A stretch of 64,000 nt of DNA from an uncultured Acidobacteriota bacterium (lineage in GTDB: Bacteria > Acidobacteriota > Blastocatellia > RBC074). A program made the translations under genes and the position numbers. Numbering within the stretch: the stretch's first letter is position 1; each line of letters opens with the position of its first letter. The notes beneath the pieces are model-generated. The model saw only the letters and a list, made by a program, of their open reading frames with translations, made no database searches and was not told the origin of the DNA. The stretch is taken from the NCBI GenBank assembly GCA_963800895.1, contig CAWDDA010000022.1, forward strand, positions 9,243 to 73,242, given 5' to 3'. Positions 37,942 to 47,547 of the stretch are shown piece by piece.

Positions 37942-38092
37942 AGTAGTGGTCAGTGGCCAGTGGCCAGTGGCCAGAGGTAGTGACCAGTGGCCAGTAATGC
38001 AAATCACTGACCACCAAGCACTACAACTGACCACTGACCACTGACCACTGACCACTGACCACTGACCACTGACCACTGACCACTGACCACTG
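37942..38092. repeat. Hairpin element E7 (AGTGGCC/AGTGGTC vs GACCACT heptamers, asymmetric copy number)
   Basis: The left arm has ~7 imperfect units (AGTGGTC AGTGGCC AGTGGCC AGTGGCC AGAGGT AGTGACC AGTGGCC). The right arm has 9 perfect GACCACT units (38029-38091). It ends 2 nt before the rluB ATG. Confidence 0.9.
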
Positions 38093-38094
38093 TC

Positions 38095-38859
38095 ATGCAG
38101 GAACGATTACAAAAGATCATCGCAACGGCTGGAATCGCATCACGCAGAAAGGCTGAGGAACTGATTGTTGCTGGCGCGGTAACTGTCAACGGCAAAACGG
38201 TAACCGAGCTTGGCGTGAAGGCTGACGCAAGCAAGGATCACATCAAGGTAAACGGCAAGTTGATCAATCCGCTGCTTGCGCGCCGTGAGCTTATATACAT
38301 ACTTCTGAACAAGCCTGTAGGGTATCTGACATCGACAGCAGATCCGGAAAGCCGTCCGCTCGTGATTGATCTCATTGGCAAGTATCGTGACAAAGTTCAT
38401 CCCGTGGGCCGCCTCGACTTCAACTCTGAGGGTCTGCTTCTCCTGACCAACGATGGCAAGCTGACCAACCTCATCACAAGCGCCTCTCGGAAAGTCCCGA
38501 AGGTTTATGAGGTAAAGGTGAAGGGCAAGCCGAATGTCGAGCAGATAGACCGTCTACGGCGGGGGGTACGGATAGATGCCGTTAGAACCTATCCGGCTGA
38601 GATTCGTGAATTGCCGTCAACTGATGCAAATTCCTGGTATGCGGTGACGCTTTATCAGGGGCGTAATCAACAGATCCGCAAGATGTTTGACGTGATTGGC
38701 CACTCAGTGATGAAGCTTCGACGAATCGCCATTGGGACTTTGAACGATGAGGGGCTGAAGCCCGGGCACTATCGGCTGGTTGATGAATCTGAGGTAAAGC
38801 GGTTTTTCAAGGAGAAGCCCGCGAAAAAAGCTACGCGAAAACGAAGGGTTAGGGGTTGA
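38095..38859 (+). CDS. rluB: 23S rRNA pseudouridine synthase (RluB/RsuA family)
   Basis: S4 domain MQERLQKIIATAGIASRRKAEELIVAGAVTVNG; catalytic HPVGRLDFNSEGLLLLTNDG; basic C-terminal tail. Confidence 0.85.
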   Translation: MQERLQKIIATAGIASRRKAEELIVAGAVTVNGKTVTELGVKADASKDHIKVNGKLINPLLARRELIYILLNKPVGYLTSTADPESRPLVIDLIGKYRDKVHPVGRLDFNSEGLLLLTNDGKLTNLITSASRKVPKVYEVKVKGKPNVEQIDRLRRGVRIDAVRTYPAEIRELPSTDANSWYAVTLYQGRNQQIRKMFDVIGHSVMKLRRIAIGTLNDEGLKPGHYRLVDESEVKRFFKEKPAKKATRKRRVRG

Positions 38860-38862
38860 GTG

Positions 38863-38900
38863 AAAAGAAGGAACCGCAGAGAGCGCGGTTCCTTCTTTTC
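38863..38900 (+). terminator. Terminator-like hairpin sharing the GAA-AGAAGG clamp of the large elements
   Basis: GAAAAGAAGGAACCGC-agaga-GCGGTTCCTTCTTTTC directly after the rluB stop. No separate U-run follows the stem. Confidence 0.5.
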
Positions 38901-38994
38901 AACTCAAAGCCCCAACCTCCAAACCAATCCTTGACAATAACTCCCCGAAACGCTTAGAGTTATGTCTAAGCATATTGAGAAGTGATCTGACAAC

Positions 38995-39906
38995 ATGGAG
39001 ATTCTGATCGCCGAAAGTCTCGGCTTCTGCATGGGAGTCAAGCGTGCAGTCGATCTGGCGCAAAAGGCGGTGGAGAAGTCGGACGATCTGCCCGTAGTGA
39101 CTCTTGGGCCGTTGATCCACAACGCTCAGGAGACCGCTCGCCTCGAAACACAGGGCATCCGGGAGGTCAGCGAACTGAGCTTGCCCGACGCGGGCACGGT
39201 GGTAATTCGCGCTCACGGAGTCACACCTCAGGTGTACCAGTCACTGAAGAATCGCGGCCTCAAGGTAATGGACGGAACGTGCCCGTATGTTCATTACTCT
39301 CAACGAAAAGCTATTGAGCTCAAGGAAGACGGCTACGAAGTCGTAATTGCCGGTGATCGTAATCACGCGGAAATAATAGGTATCCTGGGCTGCATTGACA
39401 ACGATGCGCACGTGGTAAAGACGGTCGACGAAGCGCTTGCTTTGCCGTTCATGGCGAGAGCGGGTGCAATAGCTCAAACAACTTTGAGCGCAGAGAAATA
39501 CGGGGCGATCGTGAATGCCCTTGAGTCGCGCGCGGGTGAGTTGAAAGTATGCGAAACAATTTGTGATGCGACTGTGGAAAACCAGTCGTCAATTACGGAA
39601 CTCGCCGCTGCGGTAGATGTTGTGTTCGTGATTGGCGGCCGACATAGCGCTAACAGCAACAAGCTTGTCGAGAGAGCGATGGCGCTCTGCAAGCGGTCGT
39701 ATCTCATCGAGACGCCTGATGAGATCACTCACGAGCAGATCGATGGCGCAAATTCGGTGGGAGTGAGTGCCGGGGCTTCGACTCCGGATTGGATGATACG
39801 CAATGTAGTCAAAAGGCTTCGTGCTCTTGAACGCAGTATCGAAGGGCCCGCCGCAATGAGCGTTAATAAGGCGTCTGCTGATAAAGATTTGGAAAATCGG
39901 TTGTGA
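38995..39906 (+). CDS. ispH: 4-hydroxy-3-methylbut-2-enyl diphosphate reductase
   Basis: MEILIAESLGFCMGVKRAV...GPLIHN...RAHGV...DGTCPYV...GDRNHAEIIG...CDATVENQ...GGRHSANSNKL carries the conserved Cys triad and LytB motifs. Confidence 0.9.
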   Translation: MEILIAESLGFCMGVKRAVDLAQKAVEKSDDLPVVTLGPLIHNAQETARLETQGIREVSELSLPDAGTVVIRAHGVTPQVYQSLKNRGLKVMDGTCPYVHYSQRKAIELKEDGYEVVIAGDRNHAEIIGILGCIDNDAHVVKTVDEALALPFMARAGAIAQTTLSAEKYGAIVNALESRAGELKVCETICDATVENQSSITELAAAVDVVFVIGGRHSANSNKLVERAMALCKRSYLIETPDEITHEQIDGANSVGVSAGASTPDWMIRNVVKRLRALERSIEGPAAMSVNKASADKDLENRL

Positions 39907-39998
39907 AGGTTTATCATTCGGGTTCTCTTTTAAATAATGAGAAAGTGGGCTGCATAGATCAGCTCGCATAGAAAGTCCAGGGAGGAAGTCCAGTTTAA

Positions 39999-41942
39999 AT
40001 GTCAATTACAATCCCCGATCCACACGCTGCAGGAACGGGCGTAGAGGCACAGGAGGAGGCACTACGCACGTCTGAAAGCGATAATCCCCCTGCGACCACG
40101 GAGGTCTCAGAGGTAGCACCGGAGCCAGAGGCGCCTGAAGCGCCGAAGGAATCGGCAGTAAGTGTCTCCGAAGCGGAAAAAGACGCCGAGGCAGTTGAAG
40201 CCACCACGCCAAAAACATCCGGAGTCGGTGCAGAATCGACTGGAACTGATAATGGTGACGCGGTCAGCGAGGATTTCGCTTCGATCCTCGAGCGGCACGA
40301 ACGCCAGCATCATGCGGAGATAAGCGAAGGCGAGGTCGTCAAGGGTACGGTCGAGAAGGTAACTGATCAGGCTGTCATCATTGACATCGGTTTTAAGTCC
40401 GAAGGAATCGTATCGCTCGATGAGTTCAAGGATGGTGATCGCATCACCGTCAAGCCTGGTGACGAAGTCGATGTTCTCGTCAAGCAGCTTGAAAATGCAG
40501 AAGGATACGTCGAGTTGTCGCGTGCTGACGCGATTCGGATGAAGACATGGGATCAGATTGAGATCGCCTATCGTCAGGGAACCAATCTGGTCGGTCGTGT
40601 CGTCGATCGCATCAAAGGCGGTCTGAGAGTCGATATCGGAGGTATCTCGGCATTTCTGCCGGGGAGCCAGGTGGACGTGCGTCCGGTTCGCAACCTGGAC
40701 AGCTTCCGCAATAAAGATATTGAAGTCAGGGTTCTCAAGGTCAACAAGAAGCGCGGCAACATAGTTCTCTCGAGGAAAGAAGTTCTCGAAGAAGAGTTGA
40801 ACTCGCGCAAGAATGAGACGCTCAAGAGCCTTGAAGACGGGATCATCGTCGAAGGCCAGATCAAGAACATCACCGAGTACGGTGCGTTTGTCGATCTCGG
40901 CGGAATAGACGGACTTCTTCACATCACCGATATGTCGTGGGGAAGAATCCAGAATCCGAATGAGATCTTCAAGGTAGGCGAGACGATTCAGGTAAGGATC
41001 CTGAAATTCGATCACGACCGCGAGCGCGTAAGTCTCGGGTACAAGCAGCTTCTTCCGGACCCCTGGGGAACGATTTCAGAGCGCTATCCTATTGGGACGC
41101 GGGTCAAAGGGAAAGTTGTTTCGCTGACCGACTACGGTGCCTTTGTCGAGCTTGAGTCTGGCATCGAGGGTCTGGTCCATGTATCTGAGATGAGCTGGTC
41201 AAAGCGCATCAAACATCCTTCAAAGATTCTCGCTATCGGGCAGGAAGTCGAAGCGGTCGTCCTTGAGGTTGACGCGCAGAACCGGCGCATAAGTCTCGGT
41301 CTGAAACAGATTGAAGCCAATCCGTGGGACACGCTGACGCAGCGGTACGTCGTCGGCATGAAGGTCAAGGGGAGGGTGCGTAATCTGACTGATTTTGGCG
41401 CCTTCGTCGAGATCGAGGATGGAATTGACGGGCTGGTCCATGTCTCAGATGTGTCGTGGACAAAGCGGATCAAACACCCGTCCGAAGCACTAAAGAAGAA
41501 CCAGGAGGTTGAAGCCATGATCACGGCGATCGACGTCGAGAACCGGCGCCTTTCGCTTTCGATCAAGGACCTTGAGCCAAATGCCTGGGATGTCTTCTTT
41601 GATAGTCACCGGCCTGGTGATCTGGTTACGGGCAAGGTAACGCGGTTCGCCAATTTTGGAGCGTTCGTTGAGCTCGAGGATGGCATTGAAGGTCTATGTC
41701 ACGTCTCCGAGCTCTCGGATCAGCACGTCGACAAGCCCGAGGATGCAGTAAAGATCGGGCACAAACTTCCCTTCAAGATCCTCAAGATGGATCGCGAAGC
41801 GAAGAAGATCGGACTTTCGGCCCGCGCGGTCGGGAAGGACGAGCCAATCATCGACGTTCGCAGCTACACACAGAGCGATTCAGGAATGGCGAGTCTTGGC
41901 GAGATCGCTGACTTCAATACCGCGAGTGAGAGCGACAAATAA
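39999..41942 (+). CDS. rpsA: 30S ribosomal protein S1 with acidic N-terminal extension
   Basis: Six S1 repeats (e.g. GTVEKVTDQAVIIDIGFKSEGIV, GRVVDRIKGGLRVDIGGISAFLPGS, GQIKNITEYGAFVDLGGIDGLLHITDMSW). It follows ispH, a common arrangement. Confidence 0.9.
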   Translation: MSITIPDPHAAGTGVEAQEEALRTSESDNPPATTEVSEVAPEPEAPEAPKESAVSVSEAEKDAEAVEATTPKTSGVGAESTGTDNGDAVSEDFASILERHERQHHAEISEGEVVKGTVEKVTDQAVIIDIGFKSEGIVSLDEFKDGDRITVKPGDEVDVLVKQLENAEGYVELSRADAIRMKTWDQIEIAYRQGTNLVGRVVDRIKGGLRVDIGGISAFLPGSQVDVRPVRNLDSFRNKDIEVRVLKVNKKRGNIVLSRKEVLEEELNSRKNETLKSLEDGIIVEGQIKNITEYGAFVDLGGIDGLLHITDMSWGRIQNPNEIFKVGETIQVRILKFDHDRERVSLGYKQLLPDPWGTISERYPIGTRVKGKVVSLTDYGAFVELESGIEGLVHVSEMSWSKRIKHPSKILAIGQEVEAVVLEVDAQNRRISLGLKQIEANPWDTLTQRYVVGMKVKGRVRNLTDFGAFVEIEDGIDGLVHVSDVSWTKRIKHPSEALKKNQEVEAMITAIDVENRRLSLSIKDLEPNAWDVFFDSHRPGDLVTGKVTRFANFGAFVELEDGIEGLCHVSELSDQHVDKPEDAVKIGHKLPFKILKMDREAKKIGLSARAVGKDEPIIDVRSYTQSDSGMASLGEIADFNTASESDK

Positions 41943-41950
41943 CGTGATGT

Positions 41951-41973
41951 GAGGCCCCTCGAGAGGGGGCCTC
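41951..41973 (+). terminator. Possible terminator hairpin after rpsA
   Basis: GAGGCCCC-tcgaga-GGGGGCCTC. The downstream U-run is weak. Confidence 0.4.
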
Positions 41974-42080
41974 GCTCTCGTTTGAGGAGCAGGCAGCGCA
42001 TCCCCCGCCGGCTGTTTTCGTTCCTTTCCTCGCGCACCGTGATGTCCCCGCCGCGTTAGCCCCGCCATGAGCATTTCGTT

Positions 42081-43017
42081 ATGAAAAGAAGTGGTCTGAT
42101 CTGGATTCTAGTCTTCGCGGGCATTCTTGTAGCCGTCTTTAGTGCCGTGCTCATTATCGGCGCAATCATGATGTCCGAAAGCAGCGGCTTCAGCGGTATT
42201 GGCGGCAGTCGGATTGCGGTCATCCCGGTTGAAGGTGTAATCAACGACGAGATGGCAAAGCGTGTGTCGCGCCATCTAAAGCAATACGCCGAAGACGGCC
42301 GCGTCCGGGCCATCCTTATGAGGGTCGATAGTCCCGGTGGAGGCGTTGCCGCTTCACAGGAGATATACCGCGAAGTCAAACGAACACGGCAGGACAAAGA
42401 AGAAGCTGATTGTTGTATCTATGGGTACTGTGGCGGCATCTGGCGGGTACTACATCGCCTGTCCCGCTGACCATATCCTTGCCAACCCAGGATCTATCAC
42501 AGGTAGCATCGGAGTGATTGCGGAATGGCTGAACGTAAAGGACCTGGTAGGGTGGGCCAAGCTTCGTCCCGAGGTTTTCAAGAGCGGTGAGTTCAAGGAC
42601 ACAGGATCGCCGACACGCGAAATGACAGACCGTGAGCGTCAATATTTCCAGGGGATGATAACTGAGCTCTACAACCAGTTCGTGCGGGCCGTTACCGATG
42701 GACGTAGCGGAAAAAAGAGTCTGGACGAAGAGCAAGTGCGCAAACTGGCAGATGGGCGCGTCTACACCGGCGAGGCGGCGCTGGCAAACGGATTGATCGA
42801 TGAGATCGGAAACTACGAGGACGCGATAAAGCGGACGGCTGCGCTTGCAGGAATAAAGGGAGAACCACAAATTATTACTCCACCGAAGCCGCGTGAAGGT
42901 TTTTCGGTATGGGATCTTCTGGGGCAAACAAAGCTCGAAACGCTGCTTCCGAGTAATCTTCCCGAAGCTATCGGTGAAATCGATACTTCGGTTAGGTTCA
43001 AATACCAATGGAAGTGA
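42081..43017 (+). pseudogene. sppA: Signal peptide peptidase SppA (36K type), one +1 frame break near 42395
   Basis: N-terminal TM, then IAVIPVEGVI...AILMRVDSPGGGVAASQEIYREV / KKKLIVVSMGTVAASGGYYIACPADHILANPGSITGSIGV (Ser nucleophile context) ...GRVYTGEAALANGLIDEIG. Confidence 0.85.
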
Positions 43018-43095
43018 TCCTATCAACTTGGCAAGTTGGCAATGTGGCGGGATGTCAGAGCTGGCAAAGAGAAGCTCTGGTAACTGGAGGGGACG

Positions 43096-43452
43096 ATGAC
43101 CAAAGCTGAACTTGTTGAAGAAGTCGCGCGCGCAGCGGAATTGACCAAAAAAGACTCGGAAGTCATAGTCGAAGAGGTTTTCAAGAATATCATCGAAGCG
43201 CTCAATCGCGGCGAGAAGATAGAGCTCAGGGGTTTTGGCTCATTCCGCGTGCGGCAACGCGATGCGCGGCGCGGTCGCAATCCGAAAACAGGTGCTCCGG
43301 TAGACATACCAGCAAAGCGCGTCCCTTATTTCAAGCCAGGTAAAGAACTGAAGGAGTTGATCAACGCCGCACTCGACGAAGAGCCAACTGACGGTGAAGT
43401 TTTGTCGCCAGCGATGGAACCGCGTCGAACAGGAGAGGGTGAAGCCGTCTAG
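43096..43452 (+). CDS. HU/IHF-family DNA-binding protein with C-terminal tail
   Basis: MTKAELVEEVA...ELRGFGSFRVRQRDARRGRNPKTGAPVDIPAKRVPYFKPGKELK is the canonical IHF/HU arm sequence. Confidence 0.85.
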   Translation: MTKAELVEEVARAAELTKKDSEVIVEEVFKNIIEALNRGEKIELRGFGSFRVRQRDARRGRNPKTGAPVDIPAKRVPYFKPGKELKELINAALDEEPTDGEVLSPAMEPRRTGEGEAV

Positions 43453-43487
43453 AGATGAACCTCGAAGCATGACACGCCGAGTGAGTT

Positions 43488-43973
43488 ATGGACGTTCTGT
43501 GGAGCCCCTGGCGTTCGACTTACGTGATGGCCTCGGACGCGAAGAGTGGCTGCGTTTTCTGTAGTCTCGCGAAGAATTCCGAACCCGAAGCCGATAAGGC
43601 CTCATTTGTTCTTTTCCGTGGAGAGTTTAATTTTGTAGTGCTCAACCTGTACCCCTACGCGAGTGGGCACATGATGCTGGTCCCGTTTTCGCACGTGGCC
43701 TCTCTCAGTGAAGCCGAAAAAAGGATCACTGATGAGCTTATGGACCTGGCGAAAAAAGGCGAGAAGGCACTCAAGGTTGAGTACGGACCTGATGGTTTCA
43801 ACATTGGCATGAACCTGGGTCAGGCAGCAGGTGCCGGTGTCGCTGATCACTTCCATCTGCACATTCTGCCACGCTGGGTAGGCGACACTAACTTTGTCAC
43901 CACAATAGGTCAGACCCGAGTTCTTCCCGAGGCTCTTGAAGTGACCTATCAACGCTTGAAAAAGCATTTCTAA
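43488..43973 (+). CDS. HIT-family (histidine triad) protein
   Basis: NLYPYASGHMMLVPFSHV and the triad DHFHLHILPRW. Confidence 0.85.
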   Translation: MDVLWSPWRSTYVMASDAKSGCVFCSLAKNSEPEADKASFVLFRGEFNFVVLNLYPYASGHMMLVPFSHVASLSEAEKRITDELMDLAKKGEKALKVEYGPDGFNIGMNLGQAAGAGVADHFHLHILPRWVGDTNFVTTIGQTRVLPEALEVTYQRLKKHF

Positions 43974-44096
43974 GGTACGTGGTACCAAGGTACTGTGTGC
44001 CGTTTGGAGTTCAAGCTTTTAGCTTGCTTCTTACACGCTCGAGTGCAAAGAGCAAGCTAAAGCTTGAACTCCAAACGGTACAAAATGCCTTGGTAC
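43974..44096. repeat. Hairpin element E8 (GGTAC-rich arms + core)
   Basis: Directly after stop TAA: GGTACGTGGTACCAAGGTACTGTGTGCCGTTT-GGAGTTCAAGCTTTTAGCTTGCT-loop-AGCAAGCTAAAGCTTGAACTCC-AAACGGTACAAAATGCCTTGGTAC. It ends 1 nt before the ATG at 44098. Confidence 0.9.
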
Positions 44097-44097
44097 T

Positions 44098-45183
44098 ATG
44101 TACTCTTCCGTGAGGTGGCGTATGAAGCGATACTCGTCTTTTGCTTCTCTAGTCCTCGGCGTCATGTTTTTGAGCACGCTTGCAGTGTATGGTCAGAATC
44201 CAAGCCAGCCGAGCAACAATCCACCAGCGAGGAGTTCTCCCGGTGTCTCCTCGTCTCACACGATACGTGGAAAAGTCTATCTCCCGAGCGGCGCAATGCC
44301 GGATCAACGAATTCGTGTGGTTCTCGAGCTCAACACTGGCGGCGTAGCCTCCGAAGTTTTTACAGATTCGGTAGGAAACTTTGAATTCCGTGGCGTGACA
44401 GCAAACTCATACAAGATCACAGTCCCCTCGGACCACCAGACGTACGAAACGACGTCGGAGATGGTCGAGGTGTATGGCACTTTCGCCAGAACTTTCATCG
44501 TCCAGTTGTACCTGAAAGACAAAGAAAGCGGACTTGGTGTCGCACCCAGGGGAAGGATGCTCAGTGTTGCGGAGATGCAGGAGGTCCCCAAGCCTGCGAA
44601 GAAACTCTACGAGCAGGGCATAAAGAGAGCAAAAGAGGGCAAACCCGCTGATGCCATTCCTCTTTTCGAAAATGCGATCCAGACTTTCCCTGAATATCTT
44701 CTCGCGATCAACAAGCTTGGTGAGCAGTACATGGTGCTCAACAGACTGGATGAGGCGCAGAAGGCATTCGAACGCGCAATCGAAGTGAGCGGAAAGTACC
44801 CTCTCGCGCGGATCAATCTGGGGATGCTCTTCGTCAAACAGAAACAGTATCCTGAAGCGATCAAGCACCTCGAAGAAGCGAACCGCCTCGATGGCGACTT
44901 TCCGATGTGCCACCTCAATCTGGGACTGGCGCTCATGGACTCGACTCCCCCCGATGTCGACCGGGCAGAAAAGGAGCTTCAGCGAGCAATTGAAACGGGA
45001 GGCAAAGAGTTCAGTTACGTCAGACTTTATCTCTTCAATCTCAACATTCGCCGGAACTCACTCGATAAGGCTGCGGGTCAGCTGGAAGCCTATTTGAAGG
45101 AGGCACCCGACGCGACAAATGCTCCGCAGGTGCGGGAGAAACTCAATCAGATCAAGAAGACAATCTCCGAAAAGAAGAAGTAA
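44098..45183 (+). CDS. Secreted CarboxypepD_reg-like + TPR-repeat protein (start possibly 44122)
   Basis: Signal MKRYSSFASLVLGVMFLSTLAVYG; IRGKVYLPSG...DSVGNFEFRGV (carboxypeptidase-regulatory-like fold motif); several TPR-like helices (AIPLFENAIQTFPEYLLAINKLGEQY...). Confidence 0.75.
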   Translation: MYSSVRWRMKRYSSFASLVLGVMFLSTLAVYGQNPSQPSNNPPARSSPGVSSSHTIRGKVYLPSGAMPDQRIRVVLELNTGGVASEVFTDSVGNFEFRGVTANSYKITVPSDHQTYETTSEMVEVYGTFARTFIVQLYLKDKESGLGVAPRGRMLSVAEMQEVPKPAKKLYEQGIKRAKEGKPADAIPLFENAIQTFPEYLLAINKLGEQYMVLNRLDEAQKAFERAIEVSGKYPLARINLGMLFVKQKQYPEAIKHLEEANRLDGDFPMCHLNLGLALMDSTPPDVDRAEKELQRAIETGGKEFSYVRLYLFNLNIRRNSLDKAAGQLEAYLKEAPDATNAPQVREKLNQIKKTISEKKK

Positions 45184-45324
45184 ATCGTGTAGTTCTTACC
45201 CGATATCGTCCATATGGCGCATCCATTCACGGGTGCGCCATTGCCATTTCCAGCCTTTTCAATAACTTACACCCCGCTCTCTGTGGCAGGCTTTTTGCCC
45301 TCATACCGGCAGGAGGTGATGGAC

Positions 45325-45876
45325 ATGAACAGAGGAAGATGGATGGTGCTCGCTTTCGCAAGTGCGCTCCTGCTGACAGGATTTATCGTTGGCCGTTCAA
45401 CAAGCCCAGCCCCGACGGCAGCGGCGATTGCGGTGCCGAGTCCGAACGCGAATCCGAGTCGGATGCCGGCGGCAAGCCCAACCAACCTGCCTACGGCAAG
45501 CCCCGCCAACCTGCCGGTGGAGAGCTCGACAGAATCCGCAGAAGCATTGCCAGCAGATTTCAGAACCGTTTATGGTGATGGTTTCAAAGAGGGCTTTGCT
45601 GAAGGGCTCAAGGCCCGTGAGTCTACGCAATCGTCTGTGAGCTCACCGCGGAGGGCTACGACATCTGTCCGGCGCGTCTACTATCAGCAGGCGCCTCGAC
45701 CGGTCTTTTACGAGCGCAAGAAGAATTCAACGCTCAAGACTGTGTTGACAATTGCCGCCCCTGCGGCGATCGGAGCAGGTGTTGGTGCTGCAGTCGGCGG
45801 TGGTAAGGGTGCCGGCGCCGGTGCGCTGATAGGCGGTGGTGGTGGTGCACTCTATCATTTGATTAGGAATCGGTGA
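45325..45876 (+). CDS. Hypothetical membrane protein with C-terminal glycine zipper
   Basis: An AGGAGG RBS favours MNRGRWMVLAFASALLLTGFIV as the start. The middle is Pro/Ala-rich, and the C-terminus reads AIGAGVGAAVGGGKGAGAGALIGGGGGALY. Confidence 0.55.
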   Translation: MNRGRWMVLAFASALLLTGFIVGRSTSPAPTAAAIAVPSPNANPSRMPAASPTNLPTASPANLPVESSTESAEALPADFRTVYGDGFKEGFAEGLKARESTQSSVSSPRRATTSVRRVYYQQAPRPVFYERKKNSTLKTVLTIAAPAAIGAGVGAAVGGGKGAGAGALIGGGGGALYHLIRNR

Positions 45877-46029
45877 GAAGAAGGGGGTCAGGGGATCAGG
45901 GGCCGGGGGTCGGGGTTTGGAGTTCAAGCTTTAGCTTGCTGTTCGCATTCCACCTGCAAAGAGCAAGCTTAAGCTTGAACTCCAAACCCTGGCCCCCGAT
46001 CCCCGACCCCCGGTCCCCTCGATTTCTTC
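45877..46029. repeat. Hairpin element E9 (G-rich heptamer arms + core)
   Basis: Directly after stop TGA: GAAGAAGGGGGTCAGGGGATCAGGGGCCGGGGGTCGGGGTTT-GGAGTTCAAGCTTTAGCTTGCT-loop-AGCAAGCTTAAGCTTGAACTCC-AAACCCTGGCCCCCGATCCCCGACCCCCGGTCCCCTCgatTTCTTC. Confidence 0.95.
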
Positions 46030-46053
46030 GCCTTCGGTGGTTAATCTATTGGA

Positions 46054-47538
46054 ATGAATTATCCGCTGACGGTTGGAGAGCTACGGGCACAAGGCTACAG
46101 GCGATGCTCAGTCAAAGATGAAATCAGGCGAAATCTGATTTGCAGGATCAGATCTCGCGAGCCTCTCTTTCCCGGAATTGTCGGTTATGACGATTCCGTG
46201 ATTCCCCAAATCGTCAACGCACTTCTCGCACGGCACAACTTCATTCTCCTTGGCCTTCGGGGACAGGCAAAGAGCCGCATTCTGAGAGAGCTCCAGAACC
46301 TGCTCGACGAGCGGATCCCGATTCTTTCAGGTTCAGAAGTGAACGATGATCCGTTTGCACCCATTAGCGCGTACGGGAGACAGGTCATCGCCGCCCAGGG
46401 AGATCAGGCACTGTTGTCCTGGGTAGAACGTGACGCGCGATATGTAGAAAAGCTCGCAACACCCGATGTTACGATCGCTGACCTGATCGGTGATGTAGAT
46501 CCGATTAAAGCGGCGCGCTCAGGCCATCTGCTCTCGGACGAATTGACGATCCATTATGGACTGTTGCCGCGAGCCAACCGTGGCATCTTTGCAATCAACG
46601 AACTTCCAGACCTTGCCGGCAAGATCCAGGTTGGGCTCTTCAACATCATGCAGGAAGGTGACGTCCAGATTCGCGGCTATCCGGTGAGGATGCCGCTCGA
46701 CGTTCTTCTCGTCTTCTCAGCAAATCCGGAGGATTACACTGCGCGCGGCAAGATCATATCGCCACTCAAGGATCGCATTGGCGCTGAGATTCAGACTCAC
46801 TATCCTGCGAGTGTAGAGGAAGGCATGGCCATTACGGAACAGGAGGCCTGGACGTCCCGCGCGCATGAAAAGGCTGATCCTTCCGGTGGCCTCCAAATAG
46901 AAGTTCCGCCAATCATCCTTGAATTGATCGAGCGGATCGCTTTTCTTGCCCGTTCAGACCGCAGGATCGACAACAAAAGTGGAGTCAGTCAACGGTTGCC
47001 GATTTCCGTGCTCGAAACGGTGGTTTCGAATGCCGAGCGGCGCGCCCTGTTCAATGGCGAGCGTCGAGCGACTCCGCGGATCAACGATGTTTACGCCGCA
47101 CTTCCCTCGATTACCGGAAAGATCGAGCTCGAATATGAAGGAGAGCAGGTCGGCGCCGCGCGCATTGCACGTGAACTGATTCGAAAGGCTGCGCACGAAA
47201 TCTTTGGCGAGTCCTATGCAGGAGTGGACATGCGCGAGGTTCTCGATCATTTCAAAGACAAAACCGAGCTGCTCGTAGGTGAACTGTCAAGTGACGAGGA
47301 GACTCTCAACCGGTTAAGAGGCGTTAACGGACTGACGGAGGCGGCGATGGCAGGCCGTGGGGATGAAAGCGAATCGAACGGGAGCTTAATTGTAGCGTGC
47401 GAGCTGATCCTTGAAGGCCTTCACGCGAACAAGAAACTGGAACGTAAAGAAGCTCGTGGCGCAGCGAGCTACGGTAAAGCTGAATCTCCAAAACGACCCG
47501 CCTACTACGACGATTTTACCGGCGGAAAACTAAACTGA
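46054..47538 (+). CDS. ChlI/BchI-like AAA+ ATPase
   Basis: Walker A context FILLGLRGQAKSRIL, Walker B context RGIFAINELPDL, and GYPVRMPLDVLLVFSANPEDYTARGKIISPLKDRIG typical of the Mg-chelatase-like clade. Confidence 0.8.
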   Translation: MNYPLTVGELRAQGYRRCSVKDEIRRNLICRIRSREPLFPGIVGYDDSVIPQIVNALLARHNFILLGLRGQAKSRILRELQNLLDERIPILSGSEVNDDPFAPISAYGRQVIAAQGDQALLSWVERDARYVEKLATPDVTIADLIGDVDPIKAARSGHLLSDELTIHYGLLPRANRGIFAINELPDLAGKIQVGLFNIMQEGDVQIRGYPVRMPLDVLLVFSANPEDYTARGKIISPLKDRIGAEIQTHYPASVEEGMAITEQEAWTSRAHEKADPSGGLQIEVPPIILELIERIAFLARSDRRIDNKSGVSQRLPISVLETVVSNAERRALFNGERRATPRINDVYAALPSITGKIELEYEGEQVGAARIARELIRKAAHEIFGESYAGVDMREVLDHFKDKTELLVGELSSDEETLNRLRGVNGLTEAAMAGRGDESESNGSLIVACELILEGLHANKKLERKEARGAASYGKAESPKRPAYYDDFTGGKLN

Positions 47539-47547
47539 AGTCCGATC

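Noticed and set aside
37942-38092. Possibility that the tandem heptamer arrays are CRISPR arrays
   Set aside because: The units are 7 nt with no spacers, the arrays come in complementary pairs, and no cas genes are present. They are microsatellite-like arms of palindromes.
40107-41015. The 302-aa minus-strand ORF opposite rpsA, with similar antisense ORFs at 34556-35434 and 30923-31684
   Set aside because: They lie entirely antisense to strongly conserved genes (S1, MetH, Hcy methyltransferase). I recognise no motifs or RBS, so they are shadow ORFs.
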